Positions 19,181 to 29,010 of a DNA stretch of 64,000 bases are shown in pieces (the stretch's first letter is position 1; the number at the start of each line of letters is the position of its first letter). The stretch covers positions 3,809 through 67,808 of the forward strand of contig CAXSFX010000002.1 in NCBI GenBank assembly GCA_964236655.1. The letters run 5' to 3'. The notes under the pieces were generated by a model. That model had not been told where the DNA came from. It searched no databases and was given only the letters and a program-made list of their open reading frames with translations. Made by a program: the position numbers and the translations under genes. Source of the stretch: an uncultured Acidobacteriaceae bacterium. Its GTDB lineage: Bacteria; Acidobacteriota; Terriglobia; Terriglobales; Acidobacteriaceae.

Positions 19181-20110
19181 TCATAAGTCTTTCAGCAATC
19201 CCTCAACCTGTCCCCCACTGGGCATCGAAGGCATGGCCCCGGCACGCGTAGTAGACAGCGCCGCAGCCGCAGCCGCGACCCGCGCAGCCGCGAACGGCTC
19301 CCCAAGCTCCAGCAGCGAGGCCGCAAACGCTCCATTGAAAGCATCCCCAGCCGCAGTAGTATCTACCGCCTCAACCGCAAACGCCTCGATCCATCGCGCC
19401 CCGCCCTCATGCAGCAAGTAAGCCCCACGCGCGCCAAGCTTCAGCACCACCCCGCTCACGCCTTTTGCAAGCAGGCTCTCCGCCGCCGCCCGCAACTCCC
19501 GCTCCCCGGCCTGCGTAATATCCATGCCGGTCAGCGCGTGTGTCTCGGTCTCATTCGGCGTAAGCCAGGTCACCGCGCGCAGCAGCTCCGGCGGCAGCGC
19601 CTGCGCAGGTGCCGGGTCCAGCATCAAGGGGATACCCGCGTTCCGGCACCGCGCGGCCAGCCGCACCACGGCAGGCATGGGGATCTCAAGCTGCGCCAGC
19701 ACTATACCGGCCTCGCGGATAGCAGGCCACCACTGGTCGATGTCCGCAGGCTCGATCGACCCGTTGGCTCCCGGCACCACCGTGATGGAGTTCCCGCCAT
19801 CCGCAACCGTCGTGATCAACGCAGCCCCCGTGCTGCCCGGCGTTGATTCCACATGGGTGATGTCAACCCCGGCCTTCCGCAAATCCTTCAGCAGCCCCGG
19901 CGCAAAGCCGTCATCACCCACCCGCGCAAACAGTTGTGTGCGGGCACCCAGCCGTGCCGCTGCCGCCGCCTGGTTCGCACCCTTGCCGCCTGAAAAAACC
20001 TGGAAGTCCGTCCCTGTCATCGTTTCGCCCGGAGCCGCGAACCGCTCCGCCCTAACCACCAGGTCGACATTCACGCTACCTACAACCGCAACCCGTTTTT
20101 GTATGTCCAT
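19181..20110 (-). CDS. rbsK: Ribokinase (PfkB family)
   Basis: VVGSVNVD, GGKGANQA, PNETE and VDTTAAGDAF signature motifs. Confidence 0.9.
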   Translation of the reverse strand: MDIQKRVAVVGSVNVDLVVRAERFAAPGETMTGTDFQVFSGGKGANQAAAAARLGARTQLFARVGDDGFAPGLLKDLRKAGVDITHVESTPGSTGAALITTVADGGNSITVVPGANGSIEPADIDQWWPAIREAGIVLAQLEIPMPAVVRLAARCRNAGIPLMLDPAPAQALPPELLRAVTWLTPNETETHALTGMDITQAGERELRAAAESLLAKGVSGVVLKLGARGAYLLHEGGARWIEAFAVEAVDTTAAGDAFNGAFAASLLELGEPFAAARVAAAAAALSTTRAGAMPSMPSGGQVEGLLKDL

Positions 20111-20164
20111 CTCAGCCCCGCCATGTGCAGCGTACAGCCTCCGTAAGCCGGGGCAGCATGAACA

Positions 20165-20192
20165 TTCATAAGGAATTCACACAATTGAGACA
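20165..20192 (+). promoter_or_regulatory. Candidate Pho box (11-bp periodic direct repeats)
   Basis: TTCATA-N5-TTCACA-N5-GAGACA upstream of a phosphoesterase gene. Confidence 0.35.
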
Positions 20193-20428
20193 AAGCGGGC
20201 TCAGTGTGCACGGTACAACGGTGCTCTACGGGAGACGCCATCGTGACGGCTCCCGAGACCTGTTTTCCTTGCGCGTGCCGTTCGCTGCTGTGTGGCTGTT
20301 TGCTGTGTCTGATTGGATTGCGAGCTGTGAACGGCCTCCGGAAGAGCAGTGCCCAGCGACCTATAACCGTCAGCAAGCGTCCTTATTCGACTTAGGTCCA
20401 ACTCAGGACAGACATTTCAGGAGACACC

Positions 20429-23404
20429 ATGTACCGCCTTCACCAGACTCTCCCAATGCAAAAAAGTGCGCTGCTCATCAGCACCCTCGCCCTCAGCGCC
20501 GTCTCCGCGTCCCCGCTTGCAGCGCAGGTTGGCCCGCCCAATAGCGGCGAGCCGCAAATCCTCAGCACCAACCAGCGCATCACTCCGCTCGCGCCCAACG
20601 GCGCACGCTTCCAGGCGTTGAATCCCAACCTCGCCGACAACCCGACCTACACCGTCGGCCAGGCCGTGTCCACCGTGCTGAGCCCTGACGGCAAAACCCT
20701 GCTCATCCTGACCAGCGGCTACAACCTCGTCGAGTTCACCTCCGGCGCAAACCTGGGCACCAACAACCCGCTGGACTCGACCGAATTTGTGTTCGTGTTC
20801 GACGTATCAGGCAGCGCGCCGGTGCAGAAGCAGGCCATCCCGGTGCCGAACACCTACAGCGGTATCGCCTTCAGCCCCGATGGCAATAATTTCTACGTTT
20901 CCGGCGGCGTCAACGATAACGTGCACTTCTATGCCCGCGCAGCCGGTACATGGGCTGAGACAGGTACGCCCGTAGCGCTCGGCCACCTGGCGCTCGCCAA
21001 CGCGGCAACGGCTAGCAGCGGGGGCCTGGGCATTGCCACGCGGCCCGAGGCTGCAGGCCTTGCCGTTTCGCCGAACGGTACACGCATCCTGGTTGCCGAC
21101 TACGAAAACGATGCCGTCTCCCTGCTTACGCTCAACAAGGGCGTGTGGGCCAAAGGTGCCGAGCTTGATCTGCGCCCCGGCAAGTCGCAGCTCTTCAACG
21201 CGCCTGCCGTACCGGGCGGCGAGTTTCCCTTCTGGGCGGTATTCAAGGGCAATGACGTTGCCTACGTTTCAAGCGTGCGCGACCGCGAGGTGGATGTGGT
21301 GACCGCCTACGGTGTGCTGGCACGCATCAAGCTGCCCGGCCAGCCCAACAAAATGGTGATGAACAAGGCGCAAACGCTGTTATTCGTCGTGCAGGACAAC
21401 AGCGATTCCGTAGCCGTGATCGATACCAACACGCAGCAGGTAATTGATGAAATCCCCACCACTGCGCCTGCCTCTGTGTACCCCAACACGCAGAACTACA
21501 AAGGTGCGCAGCCGAACAGTCTTGCACTGTCGCCCGATGAAAAGACGCTGTACGTCACCAATGCCGGGGAGAATGCAGTCGCGGTGATCCGCGTCGGCAA
21601 CACCGGCAGCGCTGAGGTGATGGGCCTGATCCCGACCGGCTTCTACCCGAACTCCGTAACGGTAAGCGCTGACGGCAAGCAGCTGTACATCGTCAACGGC
21701 AAGTCCGCCAACGGGCCCAACCCGCAGTACAGCACCGGCACCATCAATGGCGCGGCTGTCAACGCCACCAACCAGTACGACCTCCAGCTGACCAAGGCAG
21801 GCTTCCAGACGGTACCCGTACCGTCTGCCGCCGAGCTGGGCACACTGACCGCAAAGGTAATCCAGAACGATCACTTCGGACGCACCCTGAACGCCGCGCA
21901 GCAGGAAACCATGGCGTTCCTCAAGGGGAACATCAAGCACGTGATCTACATCATCAAGGAGAACCGCACCTACGACCAGGTGCTGGGCGACCTTGAAGTC
22001 GGTAACGGCGACCCATCCATCACGCAGTTCCCGGATGCAAATACACCCAACTTCCATAACATCGCGCGCAACTTTGTAGACTTTGACAATTTCTACGACG
22101 TGTCCGAGGTAAGCGGCGACGGCTGGCCATGGTCCACCTCCGCGCGCTCCAACGACACGATCGAGAAGGAAATCCCGGTCAACTACGCCGGTCGCGGCCT
22201 CAACAACAACTCCGAAGGTACCAACCGCAACGTAAACGTCGGCATCCCCAACCAGAAAGTACGACTGGCAGCCGACCCGCTGACCAGCCCCGACCCGGAT
22301 CTGCTGCCGGGCAACGCCAACGTAGCCGCACCGGACAGCGATGACGGCGCACAAGGCCAGGGTTACATCTGGAACGGCGCGCTCAAGGCCGGTCTCACCG
22401 TGCGCGATTACGGCTTCTTCGTCGACATCGTGCGCTACAATCTGACCGGCGCGGCGGCCCCGTTGGCAATCAAGGAAGACATCAACGCGTTTGCCGATAA
22501 GTATCAAGTCGCATACTCCACCAACACCGCTCTACAGCCCTACACCGACCCGTACTATCGCGGTTTCGATAACACTTTCCCGGATTATTACCGCTTCACC
22601 GAGTGGCAGCGCGAGTTCCAGCAGTACGAGGCCGCCGGCAACCTGCCGAACCTCTCGCTGGTCCGTATCATGCACGACCACTTCGGCAACTTCGGCACGG
22701 CGCTTGACGGCGTCAATACCCCGGAGCTGCAGATTGCCGACAACGACTATGCCGTGGCCCAGGTGGTTGAGGCTGTAGCAACCAGCAAGGACGCGAATAA
22801 CACTCTCGTCTTCGTCATCGAAGACGACGCGCAGGACGGCGGCGATCACGTGGACGCGCACCGCAGCACGGCCTTCATCGTGGGACCCTACGTCAAGCAG
22901 GGTTTTGTCGACTCCACCCGCTACAACACTGTTTCCATGATCGCCACCATGGAGCAGATCCTCGGCATAGCGCCGCTCAACCTGAACGATGCCAACGCGG
23001 TGCCCATGGCAGATGCGTTTGACATCAAGCAGTCCACGTGGAAGTTCACCGCCGTGCCCTCACAGCTGCTGGCACAAACGCAGCTGCCGATCCCTCCGTC
23101 GAAGTTCGCGCCAAGCACCACAACCCAGCTCAAGCCGCTGCACACCGGGGCATGGTGGGCCGCGCATACCAGGGGCATGGACTTCTCGGTTGAGGATCAC
23201 CTCGACTCGAACAAGTTCAACCACCTGGTCTGGACCGGCACCATGGGCAACAAACCGTATCCGACCCAGCGCAACGGCAAGGACCTGGGCGCAAACCGCA
23301 CGCAGTTCCTGCTGAACTACCGCGCGTTACAAGAGCAACAAGCAGCCCGAAAGACGCAAACGGCAAGCACTGTCGCAAGCACCGCGAACCGCGGCACCAA
23401 CTGA
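20429..23404 (+). CDS. Secreted bifunctional YncE/YVTN beta-propeller and phosphoesterase (alkaline phosphatase superfamily)
   Basis: Signal peptide; LSPDEKTLYVTN repeat; IKHVIYIIKENRTYDQVLGD, EDDAQDGGDHVDAHRS; AGGAG RBS. Confidence 0.9.
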   Translation: MYRLHQTLPMQKSALLISTLALSAVSASPLAAQVGPPNSGEPQILSTNQRITPLAPNGARFQALNPNLADNPTYTVGQAVSTVLSPDGKTLLILTSGYNLVEFTSGANLGTNNPLDSTEFVFVFDVSGSAPVQKQAIPVPNTYSGIAFSPDGNNFYVSGGVNDNVHFYARAAGTWAETGTPVALGHLALANAATASSGGLGIATRPEAAGLAVSPNGTRILVADYENDAVSLLTLNKGVWAKGAELDLRPGKSQLFNAPAVPGGEFPFWAVFKGNDVAYVSSVRDREVDVVTAYGVLARIKLPGQPNKMVMNKAQTLLFVVQDNSDSVAVIDTNTQQVIDEIPTTAPASVYPNTQNYKGAQPNSLALSPDEKTLYVTNAGENAVAVIRVGNTGSAEVMGLIPTGFYPNSVTVSADGKQLYIVNGKSANGPNPQYSTGTINGAAVNATNQYDLQLTKAGFQTVPVPSAAELGTLTAKVIQNDHFGRTLNAAQQETMAFLKGNIKHVIYIIKENRTYDQVLGDLEVGNGDPSITQFPDANTPNFHNIARNFVDFDNFYDVSEVSGDGWPWSTSARSNDTIEKEIPVNYAGRGLNNNSEGTNRNVNVGIPNQKVRLAADPLTSPDPDLLPGNANVAAPDSDDGAQGQGYIWNGALKAGLTVRDYGFFVDIVRYNLTGAAAPLAIKEDINAFADKYQVAYSTNTALQPYTDPYYRGFDNTFPDYYRFTEWQREFQQYEAAGNLPNLSLVRIMHDHFGNFGTALDGVNTPELQIADNDYAVAQVVEAVATSKDANNTLVFVIEDDAQDGGDHVDAHRSTAFIVGPYVKQGFVDSTRYNTVSMIATMEQILGIAPLNLNDANAVPMADAFDIKQSTWKFTAVPSQLLAQTQLPIPPSKFAPSTTTQLKPLHTGAWWAAHTRGMDFSVEDHLDSNKFNHLVWTGTMGNKPYPTQRNGKDLGANRTQFLLNYRALQEQQAARKTQTASTVASTANRGTN

Positions 23405-23410
23405 CAACAG

Positions 23411-23440
23411 GCGGGCACCCTCTCAGGAGTGCCCGCTTTT
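23411..23440 (+). terminator. Rho-independent terminator
   Basis: GCGGGCAC-loop-GTGCCCGC followed by TTTT. Confidence 0.75.
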
Positions 23441-23474
23441 CTCCTCCATAATTTTCAACCAAAAGGATCAAGCT

Positions 23475-26400
23475 GTGGGCAGACTGCGTTCCCCTCTCAT
23501 TGCATTTTGCGTCGGCACCGCTCTGCTGCTGCCCCTCAAGGCACACGCACAGATCGACCGCTCCGCTGTAACCGGAACCGTTACAGATGACACCGGTAAA
23601 GTTCTCCCCGGCGTCAACATCTTCGCGTTTGAGCCTTCCACCGGCCTAACCCGCAAATCCGTGTCCTCCTCCGACGGACGCTACGATCTGCCGGAGCTTC
23701 CGGTAGGCCGTTACACCATCAGCTTTGCGCGCCCCGGCTTTGCGCAGCTCTCCTACACCGGGCTTGAGCAGACAGTAGGCCGCACACGCACGCTCAACGC
23801 CGCGCTCCACGTCGCAGGCGGCAGCGAGCAGGTGCAAGTCACCGATACAGCATCGGAACTCAACCAGACTTCAGACGCGCTCGGCGCGCGCATTGAGCAA
23901 AAGCAGATCCAGGAGCTGCCGCTCAACGGCCGCAACTGGTCCACCCTCACCGCCCTGGTACCCGGCGCGGTTGACACCGGGGGCAGCAACCAGCGCACCA
24001 TTCGTTTTGCCGGGCGCGGCCTTGACGACAACAACTTCACCTATGACGGCATCGACGCAACCAACATCATAAACCAGGCGCAGCAGCCGTTTGTGCGCCT
24101 CGCCATCCCGACCGACTCCATCCAGGAATTCCGCATCGACACAGCCCTCTTCACCGCGGAGAGCGGCAGCACGCCGGGCGGCCAGGTCGCTGTAGTTTCC
24201 AAAACCGGCAGCAACGCATTCCACGGCAACGCCTTTGAGTTCCTGCGCAACAGCGTCTTCGACGCCCGCGAACCCATCGACCCGGTCAAGCACACGTTTC
24301 GTTTGAACCAGTACGGCGCATCGCTCGGCGGCCCTATCCTGCGCGATAAAACATTCTTCTTCGTGAGCTACGAAGGGCTGCGCCAGTCGCTCGGCCAAAC
24401 ACTGCCGGGCTTTGTGCCCAGTGCCGCCCTGCGCGCGCAAGTACTCGCAAAAAGCCCCGCACTCGCGCCCATCCTGGCGGCATACCCGCAGGGCGGCGCG
24501 ATCGTCGCCGGCACAGGCGGCCTGGTCGCAAGCTCAACCGGTACCGGGCAGCAGATCGACCATGAAGACAGCGGCATCGTGCGGCTCGATCACCGCTTCT
24601 CCGAGCGCGACACCGCTGACATCCGCTTCAACTTCGACGCCGCCGTGAGCCGCGCTCCCTTTGCGGGCAGCAACGGCACCTACACTGCGGACACGCAGGA
24701 AATCGCATCGCGCCCCGTAAACGGTGTCATTGAGCACCTGCACGTATTTTCCCCGGCATGGGTCAACGAGCTGAAGTTCGGCTTCAATCGCGGCAATGTC
24801 TACACCACCAACCGCGCAAGCACCAATCTGCCGTACGCCTTTGCTATCTCCGGGCTTACGACGCTCAACAACAACCAATACAAAATCGGCGTCGGCAACT
24901 CGTTCTCCTACATCGACAACCTGACCTGGGTACACGGCCCGCACACGGTCAAGTTCGGTGCGGAGGTCCGCCGCATCCAGCTCAACCAGGGCAACACCGC
25001 CAATGGCACAGTGACCTACTCTTCGCTCGCTTCGTTTACCGCAAATAGTGTGAGCTCATCGACATTTGCGGCACCCCTCCCGGTCAACGGTCTGCGCAAG
25101 GTACTAACCCTGGCGTTTGTGCAGGATGAGTGGAAGGCGCGGCCCGACCTCACGCTCAATCTGGGCGTGCGTTACAGCCTGTTTGACCGGTTCCACGAGG
25201 TCCAGGGCCGCGCCAACCCGTTTGATTTCGCTACCTGCGGCCCTGCCGGTTTCTGCGGCGCAGGCGCAAGTTTCGGCAGCGCCCGGCTGCTCAATTTCGA
25301 TCCGCGCGTAGCTGCAGCATGGGCACCCCGGGCACTCGGCGGCAAAACGGTGGTACGCAGCGGCTTCGGCATCTACCACGGCGACGGGCAGGAGGATGAT
25401 CAGAACCTTCCCATCAGCAATGAAGTCGGCCGCTTCTCACTCAACGGTCAAAAGGGAATCAGTTACCCCGTCACGCCGTTTCTTGTCGGACTGGGCGTAA
25501 CCTCGCCGCGCGACATGGACCGCGACCGCCACGACGAGTATGTAGCCGAGTACGGCCTGAGCCTGCAGCAGGCCTTCGGCAAGGGCTGGGTCAGCACCTT
25601 CTCCTACGACGGTAGTAAGGGCACAAACCTGCTCAGGACTTCCTACACCAACCTCATCAATCCGCTAACAGGCGTCCGCCCAGACACGCTCTTCAGCCAG
25701 GTAGAAACACGCGGCAACCACAACAGCAGCTCCTACAATGCATTTGTTGCGCAGATTCGCCGCTCCTATGCCAACGGTTTGCTGTTCCAGGCCAACTACG
25801 AGTTCGCCCATGAGATTGACCAGGATGCCGCGGGCGGCGGCGACTCGGATTTCCCGCAAGACCCGGCCAACTTCGCGGCTGAGCGCGCCTCCGGTGACTT
25901 CGACGTGCGAAACGTTTTCAGCGGCAACGTGGTGTATGAGCTGCCCTATGGACGAGGCAAAGCCTTCGGCAACGGCGGCGGCGTGTCGAGCGCGGTGCTC
26001 GGCAACTGGCAGCTTTCCAACATCGTAAGCTCGCGCACCGGCCTGCCGGTAAACGTCACCATCGACCGTTCAAGCTCTTTCAGCGCCGCCAGCCCAACCG
26101 GCGTCGCTACCGGCTACACCACCAACCAGCGCCCAAATCGAGTACCGGGCATCTCACTCACCCCGCTGGGCGGCTCCGCCATTCATAACTGGATCAACCC
26201 GGCTGCCTTTGCAACAGTCACCGGCGGAGGCTACGGCAACGCAGGCCGCAACCTTCTGCGCGGACCGGGACTGTGGCAGGCGGATTTAGGCTTGGCAAAG
26301 AACATCCCGATCAAGGAAACCGCCCAGCTGCAATTCCGAACAGAGCTGTTCAACCTGTTCAACCGCGCCCAATACGGCCTGCCGCTGGCAGACTTTACCG

Positions 26401-26498
26401 GCTCTTCCTTCGGCACCATCACCAACACAGTCAACACCGGTCCGATAGGCACCGGAACACCCCGACAAGTGCAGTTCCTGCTGCGAGCAGAGTTCTAA
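23475..26498 (+). CDS. TonB-dependent receptor (CarboxypepD_reg/Oar-like)
   Basis: Signal peptide, VTGTVTD N-domain, ELPLNGRN, SIQEFRI, KTGSNAFHG, LRNSVFDAR; C-terminal RQVQFLLRAEF. Confidence 0.92.
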   Translation: MGRLRSPLIAFCVGTALLLPLKAHAQIDRSAVTGTVTDDTGKVLPGVNIFAFEPSTGLTRKSVSSSDGRYDLPELPVGRYTISFARPGFAQLSYTGLEQTVGRTRTLNAALHVAGGSEQVQVTDTASELNQTSDALGARIEQKQIQELPLNGRNWSTLTALVPGAVDTGGSNQRTIRFAGRGLDDNNFTYDGIDATNIINQAQQPFVRLAIPTDSIQEFRIDTALFTAESGSTPGGQVAVVSKTGSNAFHGNAFEFLRNSVFDAREPIDPVKHTFRLNQYGASLGGPILRDKTFFFVSYEGLRQSLGQTLPGFVPSAALRAQVLAKSPALAPILAAYPQGGAIVAGTGGLVASSTGTGQQIDHEDSGIVRLDHRFSERDTADIRFNFDAAVSRAPFAGSNGTYTADTQEIASRPVNGVIEHLHVFSPAWVNELKFGFNRGNVYTTNRASTNLPYAFAISGLTTLNNNQYKIGVGNSFSYIDNLTWVHGPHTVKFGAEVRRIQLNQGNTANGTVTYSSLASFTANSVSSSTFAAPLPVNGLRKVLTLAFVQDEWKARPDLTLNLGVRYSLFDRFHEVQGRANPFDFATCGPAGFCGAGASFGSARLLNFDPRVAAAWAPRALGGKTVVRSGFGIYHGDGQEDDQNLPISNEVGRFSLNGQKGISYPVTPFLVGLGVTSPRDMDRDRHDEYVAEYGLSLQQAFGKGWVSTFSYDGSKGTNLLRTSYTNLINPLTGVRPDTLFSQVETRGNHNSSSYNAFVAQIRRSYANGLLFQANYEFAHEIDQDAAGGGDSDFPQDPANFAAERASGDFDVRNVFSGNVVYELPYGRGKAFGNGGGVSSAVLGNWQLSNIVSSRTGLPVNVTIDRSSSFSAASPTGVATGYTTNQRPNRVPGISLTPLGGSAIHNWINPAAFATVTGGGYGNAGRNLLRGPGLWQADLGLAKNIPIKETAQLQFRTELFNLFNRAQYGLPLADFTGSSFGTITNTVNTGPIGTGTPRQVQFLLRAEF

Positions 26499-26838
26499 AC
26501 CCTAAAGCAAAAGCAGGGTGAACGCCCCACAAACTGTCATCCTGAGAGAGTGTGTGCACCGCACGCACCCAAGATGGGTCACCCCAAACGTAACCGAAGC
26601 ACCCACCCAAATGGGTCACCCCAAACGTAGCCGAAGCAGCCGCCCAAAATGGGTCACCCCGAGCGTAACCGAAACACCCGCCCAAAAACGGGTCATCCTG
26701 AGCGTAGCCGAAGTACCCGCCCAAATGGGACCCCGAGCGTAACCGAAGCGCCCAATCAAAAATGGGTCACCCCGAGCGTAACCGAAGCACCCACCCAAAA
26801 ACGGGTCATCCTGAGCGTAGCGAAGGATCTGCTTTTGC
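26497..26838 (+). repeat. Tandem array: leader, six ~37-bp degenerate REP-derived units, terminal intact REP
   Basis: Units ATGGGTCACCCCGAGCGTAACCGAAGCACCCRCCCAAA start at 26574, 26611, 26649, 26688, 26725 and 26762; intact REP at 26805; leader AAAGCAAAAGCAGGGT at 26504. Confidence 0.9.
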
Positions 26839-26868
26839 CTTACCCCTTACACCATCTCTACCTTTGCT

Positions 26869-27600
26869 CTAGCGCGGTGTAAGCGCAATCCGCGCAAGCA
26901 CCTGAAAAATCCGCACCCCGGCCTTCGCAGCCCCCGAAAACGACCCGGCCACCTTGGACACACCGCCGCGCCGCGCCCGGCAAGTCGTGGGCAGCTCCAG
27001 AATCCGCAAGCCCGCGCGCGCGGCTTTCATCTGCATCTCCAGGCTCCATCCATAGGTAGTCTCCCTCATCTGCATCTGCGCCAAGGCCGTTCGCCGAATC
27101 GCGCGCAGCGGCCCCATATCCGTGTAGCGCACCCCGTACAGCAGCCGCATGGCCGTACCCGCAAACCACGCGGCAAACAATTGCTGCGGCAGCATGCCGC
27201 CCGGTTCGCGCCTGCCGCGCACCCGTGAGCCCATCACAAAATCATGCGTACCGGCAAGCACCGGCGCAGCCACCGGCGCAATCTCCGCGGGCACCTCACT
27301 GCCGTCGCCATCAAGAAAAACCAGCACATCTGAAAGCGGGTCCGCATGCGCCACCCCGGCTGCACAGGCCTGTCCATACCCCCGGCGCGGCTCATCCACA
27401 ACCCGCGCCCCGGCCTCGCGCGCCCGCTCCGCAGTCGCATCCGTGCTGCCGTTATTTACCACGATGCACTCGCGGATCAGCGCCCACGGCATCTCGCCGA
27501 TCACCCCCGCGATGGTCTCCTGCTCATTGAGCGCAGGGATAATAACGCTGATGCGTCGTGGAGCAGGCGGCGCTACAAATCCATTGTTGCTGTCATTCAT
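26869..27600 (-). CDS. Glycosyltransferase family 2 (polyprenol-phosphate glycosyltransferase-like)
   Basis: ISVIIPALNE, VVNNGSTD, GYGQAC, FLDGDGS and R..G.SK motifs. Confidence 0.92.
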   Translation of the reverse strand: MNDSNNGFVAPPAPRRISVIIPALNEQETIAGVIGEMPWALIRECIVVNNGSTDATAERAREAGARVVDEPRRGYGQACAAGVAHADPLSDVLVFLDGDGSEVPAEIAPVAAPVLAGTHDFVMGSRVRGRREPGGMLPQQLFAAWFAGTAMRLLYGVRYTDMGPLRAIRRTALAQMQMRETTYGWSLEMQMKAARAGLRILELPTTCRARRGGVSKVAGSFSGAAKAGVRIFQVLARIALTPR

Positions 27601-27612
27601 CGCAGCCTCGTT

Positions 27613-29010
27613 TCAGCCGTTATTCAGAGAATTGCGAAGCCCAACCTCGCGCCCGCGCCGCTGCCGCAGGTTCTCAAGAAAATCCCACGCAAGCAGTAAA
27701 AAGAAGCCCCCATACAGCAGCTCATTCATGCGGTACAGCGGCTCCCCCGGCATACCCAGCCGGGTAGCCAGCATGTAAGTAACAGCCAGCACCATGTAGA
27801 ACGCGGGCCGCCACGGCCACAGCGTAAGAAACGGCAGCAGCCATAGAAAGTACCAGGGATAATGCGGAGAAAAACAAAGATTGAGCGCCGTAGCCAGCAC
27901 CAACCCTGAGCGGACCGCCGCATACGGCACCTCCACCCGCCGATATGCCCACCACGCCAGCCCCCCAAGCAGCAGCGCGCAAGCACCTACATACAATTGC
28001 GGTGCAACGGAAACATGAAACGTGCGATCAACAAACGCAAGCGGAAAGTACCGCGCCCCGCTTGAAATGCCTTCCTCTTTCGCATACTCCGGCAAAAACC
28101 CGAACACGCCCTTCCCGACTCCCAGGTACGGCAGGTACCCCGCAACCAGCACCCCCGCAAACACCAGCACGGGCGCAAGCAGCCGTCTGCGCACAAACGC
28201 GGGCAGCAGCGCGGCAGGGTACAGCTTGACCAGCGCCGCCGCGCCCAGCCAGCCGCAAGCGCGCAGCGGTTGCCCGCGAAGGCGCGTGAGCAGGGCAAGC
28301 GCAATCGCAGTCAGCGCTGCAGCATCGGCGTGCCCGCTGCTCGCAATCTCCCACACGCACACCGGGTGCCACGCATAGATCAGCACCCGCTCGCGCCGCT
28401 GCCCCAGCAGCCGCAGGCACCCCATCAGCACCACGCAGGTAGCGGCTTCAAACGCCACCATTGCAAGCTTCATAAACGCGACGCTCGCATGCACACGCGC
28501 CACGGCCATAAAGATCATCTGCGCTCCCGGCGGGTAGATAGTGTGCGCATAGTCGCGCCGGTTGATGTTCGGATAAATCTGCAAGTCGCGCAAAAAGCTC
28601 AAGTGGCTATCGGCGGGGATATAGCGGAACGGGTTGATGCCCGCATTCTGCACCTTGCCGTCCCACACGTAGCGGTACACATCCGTCGATAAAAACGGCG
28701 GCTGCTCGACCGCGATAAGCCTCGCCGTGAACGCGACGATCAAGATAATAGGCAGCGTCCACCGGTTTGTCGGCGAACGCTCGATAAGCGCAATGCCGCC
28801 TAAATACAACACCAGCTGCCCAAACAGGCCTTCGCCGAAGCCATGAACGTAGTGGTAAAACTCCTGCGTACCGGTGCGCGTCAGCTCAATGTAAATGAGC
28901 CCGAACAGCACCAGCGCGGCATTGGTCAGCCAGGCCGGTCCTTCGTCTACCTGGCGAAACAGACGAAATAGCTGAAGCAAGCGGGCAGTCGGAGATTCAG
29001 CGGCTGCCAT
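27613..29010 (-). CDS. Integral-membrane GT-C glycosyltransferase (GT87/DUF2029-like)
   Basis: STDVYRYVWDG, NPFRY.P, TIYPP, YAWHP, GHAD, KLYP and PWY motifs; many TMs. Confidence 0.85.
   Translation of the reverse strand: MAAAESPTARLLQLFRLFRQVDEGPAWLTNAALVLFGLIYIELTRTGTQEFYHYVHGFGEGLFGQLVLYLGGIALIERSPTNRWTLPIILIVAFTARLIAVEQPPFLSTDVYRYVWDGKVQNAGINPFRYIPADSHLSFLRDLQIYPNINRRDYAHTIYPPGAQMIFMAVARVHASVAFMKLAMVAFEAATCVVLMGCLRLLGQRRERVLIYAWHPVCVWEIASSGHADAAALTAIALALLTRLRGQPLRACGWLGAAALVKLYPAALLPAFVRRRLLAPVLVFAGVLVAGYLPYLGVGKGVFGFLPEYAKEEGISSGARYFPLAFVDRTFHVSVAPQLYVGACALLLGGLAWWAYRRVEVPYAAVRSGLVLATALNLCFSPHYPWYFLWLLPFLTLWPWRPAFYMVLAVTYMLATRLGMPGEPLYRMNELLYGGFFLLLAWDFLENLRQRRGREVGLRNSLNNG

Noticed and set aside
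20204-20395. Cys-rich 63-aa ORF as a RiPP or metallothionein precursor
   Set aside because: GTG start without an RBS, no modifying enzymes nearby, and it lies in the probable promoter/5' UTR of the phosphoesterase.
26574-26838. CRISPR array or small repeat-protein ORFs (26431-26882)
   Set aside because: No spacers; the ORFs are translations of REP-derived repeats (VILSVAKDL, RYAQDD) on both strands.
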